Positions 26,539 to 32,000 of a stretch of DNA of 32,000 nt are shown piece after piece. Source of the DNA: Methylorubrum extorquens (GTDB taxonomy: Bacteria > Pseudomonadota > Alphaproteobacteria > Rhizobiales > Beijerinckiaceae); NCBI GenBank assembly GCA_900234795.1, contig LT962688.1, positions 5,160,001 through 5,192,000 on the forward strand. The letters are read 5' to 3'. A program made the position numbers and the translations under genes. Position 1 is the first letter of the stretch; every line of letters begins with the position of its first letter. The notes under the pieces were generated by a model. It saw nothing but the letters and a program-made list of their open reading frames with translations. It ran no database searches and was not told where the DNA came from.

Positions 26539-27615
26539 ATGAAGAGGATCGTTCTTGCAGCGCTTGCCACGGCCTCTCTCGCCTTCGCCGCCCACGCGAG
26601 GGACGCACCCACGCAGGATCCGGCCCCAGGTCAGGGTGCCGGACCATCCGATGCCAAAGGTAGCCCCGTGCCCGTCACGCCCGACAACTTCGTCCGGGCG
26701 GAGAGCGACCTCTACTTCGGCAACATCGTCAAGGATGGCGGTCTCGGCCAGTTCGTCCACCGACGCGAGCCGGCGGCCATCGACAACCAGACGATCATCC
26801 GGCTCAACCGGGACACCCTGTACTCCGCGGCGGTCTTCGACCTCGACGCAGGTCCGGCGACCGTCACGCTGCCCGATGCGGGCGGCCGCTTCCTGTCGAT
26901 GCAGGTGATCGACGAGGATCAGTACACCCCGCCTGCCATCTACGAGCCGGGCCCGCACACGCTCACGAAGGACAAGGTCGGAACACGCTACGTCTTGGTC
27001 GGGGTGCGAACCCTGGTCGATCCCGGGGAGCCTGCCGACCTCGCCAAAGTCCATGGCCTGCAGGATGCGATCAAGGTCGAGCAGCCCGGCGGCCCGGGCA
27101 AGTTCGAGGTGCCCGCCTGGGATCCGGTGAGCCAGAAGAAGATACGCGAGGCGCTGCTCGCGCTCGCCACGACGGTCGTGGATACTAGCAGGGCCTTCGG
27201 CATGAAGGATCAGGTCGACCCGGTCCAGCGCCTCATCGGCGCAGCCTCGGCCTGGGGTGCCAATCCACCGAAGGATGCCACCTACCTCAACGTCGTACCG
27301 GCGCAGAATGACGGAAAGACCGTGTACCGGCTGATCGTCAAGGACGTGCCGGTACACGGCTTCTGGTCGGTCAGCCTCTACAACGAGAACGGCTTCTACG
27401 AGAGGAACGAACTCGGCGCCTACACCCTCAACTCCATCACCTCGAAAAAGGGCGCGGACGGCTCGGTCGACATCCAGTTCGGCGGCTGTGACGGCAAGAT
27501 CACAAACTGCCTACCGACCCCGCCGAAATGGAACTACATGGTCCGCCTGTACCGACCCGGGCAGCAGATCCTGGACGGAAGCTGGAAGTTCCCCGAGGCA
27601 CGGCCGGCGAGTTGA
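26539..27615 (+). CDS. Short-form DUF1254/DUF1214 domain protein, secreted
   Basis: MKRIVLAALATASLAFAAHA signal. FVRAESDLYF..NRDTLYSAAVFDL..PDAGGRFLSMQVID (DUF1254-like). GFWSVSLYN..WNYMVRLYRP (DUF1214-like). Confidence 0.8.
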   Translation: MKRIVLAALATASLAFAAHARDAPTQDPAPGQGAGPSDAKGSPVPVTPDNFVRAESDLYFGNIVKDGGLGQFVHRREPAAIDNQTIIRLNRDTLYSAAVFDLDAGPATVTLPDAGGRFLSMQVIDEDQYTPPAIYEPGPHTLTKDKVGTRYVLVGVRTLVDPGEPADLAKVHGLQDAIKVEQPGGPGKFEVPAWDPVSQKKIREALLALATTVVDTSRAFGMKDQVDPVQRLIGAASAWGANPPKDATYLNVVPAQNDGKTVYRLIVKDVPVHGFWSVSLYNENGFYERNELGAYTLNSITSKKGADGSVDIQFGGCDGKITNCLPTPPKWNYMVRLYRPGQQILDGSWKFPEARPAS

Positions 27616-27770
27616 CCGTCAGACCGGAGCACAGCATCACACGGATCATTGACCGTCCGGACGCCAATCCAGCCCTTGAAGCCGTTGCGTGTACGGCGCC
27701 GGCAGATCTTCCATGGAGTGCCCATGGTTCGGAAGGCGAACCCCGCGAAGTCAAGGCTGTAACCGTAACA

Positions 27771-27911
27771 ATGCGGAGTGGCCCGTGGCCGTGGCTCATC
27801 CCGGAGCGACTGTGGCAGACGAGCCATAGACTGGCAGGAAGCCAAGAGCGCAGGTTTGGCGCGGTTGGCACGGGCCTTTCTCGGATGCCGGCTGGCCACC
27901 TTGAGGCCTAA
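27771..27911 (+). pseudogene. N-terminal relic of an IS5-family (IS427-like) orfA
   Basis: MRSGPWPWLIPERLWQ..ERRFG.. resembles the PW(L/I)(I/V)xDELW..RRFR N-terminus of the IS5-type transposases to which the 1-517 fragment belongs (assigned from memory). It is preceded by the leader motif CTGTAACCGTAACAATG. Confidence 0.35.
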
Positions 27912-27940
27912 CGTCTGATGTAGTTCGGGGGAGGCGAGAC

Positions 27941-28962
27941 ATGGGGTCGTGTGCACGTCGCCTCGTCGGCGGTTTGATCCTCGGAGCGTTGATCGCCTCA
28001 TCGGGCGCCAAGGCTGCCGAGGGCGGCCTCAGCTTCTACATCGAGGGGCAGTCCGTCCCCCTTGGCGGCATCGTGCCGCCGCCGGGCCTCTACTTCGACA
28101 GCACGACCTACTTCTACAACGGCAAGCTCGGCGGCAACCGGAGCACCCAGCTCGGCGGCAACGTCGTCGCCAACGCCAACGTCAACCTCGTGGCCAACTT
28201 CGCGACGGCCCTCCGGGTCACGCCGGTGCAGGTTCTCGGGGGTGAACTGGCCTTCGCCTTCGTGATGCCCTTCGGCGAGCCGGTTGTGCGTGCCGGCGTC
28301 CTGCTCAACGGCCCCTCGTCAATCAGGCGCTGGGCCGGCCGGTAGGCGCCTCGGTGAGCGATGCCAGTCTAAACCCGGGCGATCCCATCCTATCGGGGAG
28401 CCTCGGCTGGCATTCCGGCAACTGGCACTGGAAGGTGACCGGTCTGCTCAGCATCCCAGCCGGCGGCTACGAGCCCGGGCAGCTCTCGAACATCGCCCTC
28501 AACCGATACATCGGCGACATCTCGGCCGCGGCGACCTACCTCGACCCGGTCATCGGTATCGAACTCTCGGCTGCTGGGGGTTTCACGCTCAACGGCAGGA
28601 ACCCCGCGACACGGTACGTGACGGGCCACGAGTTCCACGTCGACGTCTCGGCCTCGAAATACCTGACCAAGGAGCTGTCGGTCGGCGTCATCGCCTCGCA
28701 CTACCAGCAGATCACGGACGACAGCGGACCCGGTGCCCGGCTCGGTCCGTTCAAGGGCCGGGTCACGGCGGTTGGAGGGACGGTCGGTTTGACGGCCCCC
28801 TTCGGCGGAATCCCGATTTCCGCCCGCGTTAAAGTGCTGCGCGAGGTCGAGGTGGAGAACCGCTTCCAGGGCACCATCGGCTTCCTGGAAGTCTCGTTCC
28901 CGCTCTGGGTGGCGTCACCGAAGGCAGCGCCTGAGGCCAAGCCCTTGCTCGCCAAGTTCTGA
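27941..28962 (+). pseudogene. MetA-pathway/SphA-like outer-membrane channel, disrupted by a 1-nt frameshift in a C4 run (28312-28315)
   Basis: ORFs 27941-28345 and 28354-28962 together align end to end with the 3537-4550 protein. Adding one C at 28312-28315 restores ..VLLNGPLVNQALGRPVGASVSDASLNPGDPILSGSLGWHS... Confidence 0.8.
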
Positions 28963-29093
28963 GCGTTCGTTGGGGCTCGGTAGGACCGGATTTGGCGTGA
29001 ATACCCATGGAAGCGCCTAGAGGCCTTTTCCGGCGCGGCAGGGCAGTTAACAGTTACGAGCCGGCGGCGGGCTTGCCGGCGTCTCGGCCGGAC

Positions 29094-29915
29094 TTAATGC
29101 ACGACGTTCGCGACCCGGCGGGCCACCGCCTCGGCCCTCGTGTTGATTCGTGCGGCCACCGGCGGATCCTCATCGACCTGATCGACGAAGTCCGAACCCC
29201 TGATCTCCCCGCTGCGCAGGTCGGAGAGCGACCAGGCATAGCGGCGGCCCTCGGCTATCCCATGCACGGAAACGTCGAGGGCGTAGACCGACTCGGAATG
29301 GCGGAGAAGGTCCTGGATGGCCTGGGCAGGGGCCCTGCGCTCGGGATGCGGGATCACGAAGACCCGGAACCCGTGGCCGGCGGCGGCTCGGACAACCGCC
29401 TGCACGAACATCTCTCCAGTTGCCATAGCGCATCGGTCACGCTGGTCGGTCCGGTGAATGACGACCAGTGAGATCCTGGCCTGGCCGGACCGGGCATGAA
29501 CCGCGTCCGGGGCTTCCACCATGGGTTCACGAACGGACGTTGGCGCGGCCTTGGCCGACACGAATTCGGGGATATACGAACCAGGGCGGAGCACGATACG
29601 GAACGGGTCGGCCGCGCCGGGACCCTCATAGTACACCGCGAGTGCTGTCCTTATCCGGGTCGCTTCAATGCGAACGATGGGATCCGTACTCGGATCGAAG
29701 CACGGACCGCGCCCGAACACGTCCACGCCTATGGCGTAGGCCTTGATGCGTTCGGCGCGCCCGGACAGGGTCTCATTGACCACGAAGGCCAGAAAGCGGC
29801 GGTTTCGCTCGGACAATCGGAGAGCGCTTCCTGCCAGTAGGGAGCGCATCGCTTCCTCGACATCCGCTCGCGCGAGCGTAGCGGCTGCAATCGGTGACGA
29901 CGGGCCGGCTTCCAT
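29094..29915 (-). CDS. Hypothetical regulator-like protein (a module found after the wHTH in cyclase/TPR regulators, plus a TolB-N-like domain)
   Basis: GGAGG lies before the ATG. ERNRRFLAFVVNETLSGRAERIKAYAIGVDVFGRGPCFDPSTDPIVRIEATRIRTALAVYY..LRPGSYIPEF. This is pattern recognition only; no DNA-binding domain was seen. Confidence 0.5.
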   Translation of the reverse strand: MEAGPSSPIAAATLARADVEEAMRSLLAGSALRLSERNRRFLAFVVNETLSGRAERIKAYAIGVDVFGRGPCFDPSTDPIVRIEATRIRTALAVYYEGPGAADPFRIVLRPGSYIPEFVSAKAAPTSVREPMVEAPDAVHARSGQARISLVVIHRTDQRDRCAMATGEMFVQAVVRAAAGHGFRVFVIPHPERRAPAQAIQDLLRHSESVYALDVSVHGIAEGRRYAWSLSDLRSGEIRGSDFVDQVDEDPPVAARINTRAEAVARRVANVVH

Positions 29916-30015
29916 CGGAACCTCCGCAAGATGCGACCGACCCGGAAGATACTGCCTACAACTTCAGATAAGCTCACCCGCATTCGCGAGGCAAGCCTAA
30001 ATTCATGTTAAGAGG

Positions 30016-30261
30016 TCATTCCGCTTTGCGGAGGATGTCTTTTTCGACCTCGGCCGCGAGCACCCGATACTCGCACGTCCGATCTGGTGCGGCTGGGTCG
30101 TTCGACTTCGCCCAGAACTCCACCGCGGCGCACGCCGCCTCGTAGGCCTCGCACAGTTCCAGGAAGTAGGGGTCATCCGCGGCCAGACGGCGGAACGCGG
30201 CACGGCGCTGCGGGTGCCGGAGCATGAGCCTCGCCAGGCCGCGTCGTTCAGAACAACCCAT
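30016..30261 (-). CDS. Small hypothetical protein
   Basis: ATG at 30261 (the ORF track starts at a TTG at 30294). MGCSERRGLARLMLRHPQRRAAFRRLAADDPYFLELCEAYEAA... No family recognised. Confidence 0.4.
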   Translation of the reverse strand: MGCSERRGLARLMLRHPQRRAAFRRLAADDPYFLELCEAYEAACAAVEFWAKSNDPAAPDRTCEYRVLAAEVEKDILRKAE

Positions 30262-30597
30262 CGCAGTCTCTGGGCAGGAAAGCTGTCCGCGCAAGCCGGT
30301 GACCCGTCATCATGCGCCTGGATGGCGCGTGCGGGGATTGTTACGGTTACGAAGCTAGAAGGGTTTCACGCTGCGGTGCATTCCCGTACGGCAACCTACC
30401 GTCCCTCGCAGGGAACACGTGGACAGCCACTGCTAGGGAGCACTCTTCTGGATGTGGCTGCCTCTGGGTTGTCCGCTTAGTGGAGTGGAGCGGGCCTCTC
30501 TGCTGGGACAGCGCAAGGTCCGGAAGGGGTCATTCGGCACCCTGGAGGGCGACCATCCTGCTGGCACGCCGCGGCCATTTCCACCGCGGCGTCCGGT

Positions 30598-30747
30598 TCA
30601 GATTTCGGTCTGCTCTGAGAGGATCAGCGCGTCGTCAACCTCAATGCCGAGATAGCGAACCGTGCTCTCCAGCTTGGTATGGCCAAGGAGCAGTTGGCAG
30701 GCTCGGATATTGCCGGTGCGCTTATAGACCAGCGCGACCTTCGTGCT
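30598..30747 (-). pseudogene. Tyrosine integrase, C-terminal 49-codon fragment
   Basis: STKVALVYKRTGNIRACQLLLGHTKLESTVRYLGIEVDDALILSEQTEI is the typical C-terminus of Rhizobiales site-specific integrases, including the catalytic-Tyr region (VRY). Confidence 0.65.
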
Positions 30748-30864
30748 GTCCGAGCGAACATGCTCGGGCACGCCGCGCAGGATGAACAGGTCGGACAAGA
30801 CGTCGATCACGTCGGCTGCCTTGAGCTTGCGCGCGACCCGGATCGCCAAGCACTCGCTGTGGAT
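30748..30864 (-). pseudogene. IS3-family orfB internal fragment, fused in frame to the integrase fragment
   Basis: IHSECLAIRVARKLKAADVIDVLSDLFILRGVPEHVRSD matches the IS3 integrase-core segment just before the usual DNGPEF. Confidence 0.65.
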
Positions 30865-31231
30865 TGGCTTTGAAGCAGGGCCTAGGGAAAAACAGAAGTA
30901 GAACGTTGTTATTGCGAGCAGAATCGAGAAGAAAACATAGGCCTGATCGGCGCCGATCGGGAGACCGCCTAAAACTAAAATTCGTCCGTTTGTTGGGGAT
31001 GTTACTCCCGCCCGAGAGGGGGCCGGTTCTACCCCTATCTACACGCGAGCTCAGCCTTGGCCGCCAGTGCCGGTATCAAGCGCCCGAGCATAGCCAGAAC
31101 AGCTATGATCGCTCGGCTTGGATCGGCACCTCGCCTCCATCGAGCTGAACAATGTCTACCTATTCCGGAACCTGAGGCGTGCGGCCGCGTAATTTATCAA
31201 GACTTCGGTGTTTCGGCCCTGAGGGGTTAGC

Positions 31232-31870
31232 ATGCGCTCCCGTTCGCTCGCTGCATTGTCGAGCTCGTTGCTGACGGCGGTGCTCTCTCTTCCTGCCGTG
31301 GCCGACGTCCGCATTAGGATCGATCAAACCAGCCAACGGATGTCTGTCTCCGTTGATGGGCAGCCGCTCTATCACTGGCCAGTGTCAACCGGATTGCAGG
31401 GACACAGAACCCCAAACGGATCATTCAGGGCCTTGCGACTGGAAAGGGTCTACTTTTCTCGCAAGTACGACAATGCACCGATGCCTCATGCCGTCTTCTT
31501 CACATCGGTCGGGCATGCGATTCATGGCACTCGGCACGTCAGACAGCTCGGCCGGGCGGCGTCGCACGGATGCATTCGCTTATCGCCCTCAAATGCTGCA
31601 GCACTGTTCAGCATCATCGAAGCTGAGGGTTCAGGAAACACACGGATAACAATAGTAGGAAGCGATCCACTGGTTGCCGGCAATAGAGCACGTGACTTTA
31701 GGACCGCGGCACATAGGCGGCGTTATGATTATAGTGCTGTGCCCGCAGGGTTGCAGATTCAGGCGGAACCCGTTCACGGCTATTACACTCGCGTTCCGGT
31801 CGGCCCATCCTACCGACACCCGGCATACGTGCCCTATGAGTTCGATCCGGGCGACGACAGCCTCGAGTAG
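31232..31870 (+). CDS. L,D-transpeptidase (YkuD) family protein
   Basis: Signal MRSRSLAALSSSLLTAVLSLPAVA. Catalytic motif HGTRHVRQLGRAASHGCIRLSPSNA. Confidence 0.85.
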   Translation: MRSRSLAALSSSLLTAVLSLPAVADVRIRIDQTSQRMSVSVDGQPLYHWPVSTGLQGHRTPNGSFRALRLERVYFSRKYDNAPMPHAVFFTSVGHAIHGTRHVRQLGRAASHGCIRLSPSNAAALFSIIEAEGSGNTRITIVGSDPLVAGNRARDFRTAAHRRRYDYSAVPAGLQIQAEPVHGYYTRVPVGPSYRHPAYVPYEFDPGDDSLE

Positions 31871-32000
31871 TGGGTACACCCGCAGCGGCTTCTCGGCGTT
31901 CCAGTTAGCAAGTTTTCGGAGACGGGGCTGTTCGCCTTCGTGTTCCTGGTCACCGCAGCAGATCACGCGGTGACTGGCTACAAACTGCTGGTCCCGTAGA

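Noticed and set aside
27650-27735. Minus-strand ..GTPWKDLPAPY.. resembling the G(A/T)PWRDLP motif of IS5-type orfA proteins.
   Set aside because: The match is only about 10 residues, requires a frameshift, and shows no further similarity on either side. It may be another IS scrap but is unsupported.
27757-27773. Reading the GTAAC-N-GTAAC motif as an ECF/EcfG-type promoter (-35 GGAAC-like).
   Set aside because: No conserved -10 element (CGTT-like) lies at 16-17 nt in any of the three copies. An IS-leader origin explains the motif and the adjoining ATG better.
30864-31148. 94-aa plus-strand ORF in the low-GC patch.
   Set aside because: No SD, an atypical Arg/Ser/Leu-rich low-complexity product, and codon usage unlike neighbouring genes.

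Overview
High-GC accessory region, probably from a Methylobacterium/Bradyrhizobium-like alphaproteobacterium (inferred from composition and protein families). It holds two related gene clusters for sulfatase maturation and envelope processing, separated and flanked by insertion-sequence debris. Cluster A (1891-13615): Tat-signal DUF1254/DUF1214 protein, MetA/SphA-like outer-membrane channel, small secreted Cys protein, AraC regulator, formylglycine-generating enzyme (FGE1) coupled to two arylsulfatases with a non-canonical C-T-A-G-R core, secreted HAD hydrolase, LssY_C-like protein, small membrane protein. Cluster B (18621-28962): aquaporin Z, then a tightly packed same-strand run of FGE2, a large C-S-P-T-R sulfatase, a 46-codon ORF, DUF1254/DUF1214, DUF4344 HExxH protein, DUF3302, HlyD-type adaptor and a second DUF1254/DUF1214, ending in a frameshifted second MetA/SphA-like channel. 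Mobile DNA: the 3' part of an IS5-family transposase with a frame change in an A6G4 tract (1-526); an internally deleted IS3-family element with recognisable terminal inverted repeats (14289-15830) carrying a nested IS110-family element; a second IS110-family element bounded by a perfect 15-bp subterminal inverted repeat (about 15935-17250); IS5 left-end relics; tyrosine-integrase fragments; and a chimeric IS3/integrase junction. The best candidates for something undescribed are the cluster B operon, which links FGE/sulfatase to DUF1254/DUF1214, DUF4344, DUF3302 and HlyD, and the non-coding flanks of the two IS110-family elements as candidate bridge/seek RNA loci. No CRISPR array, rRNA or convincing tRNA was seen. 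All homology statements rest on motif recognition by eye, not on searches.
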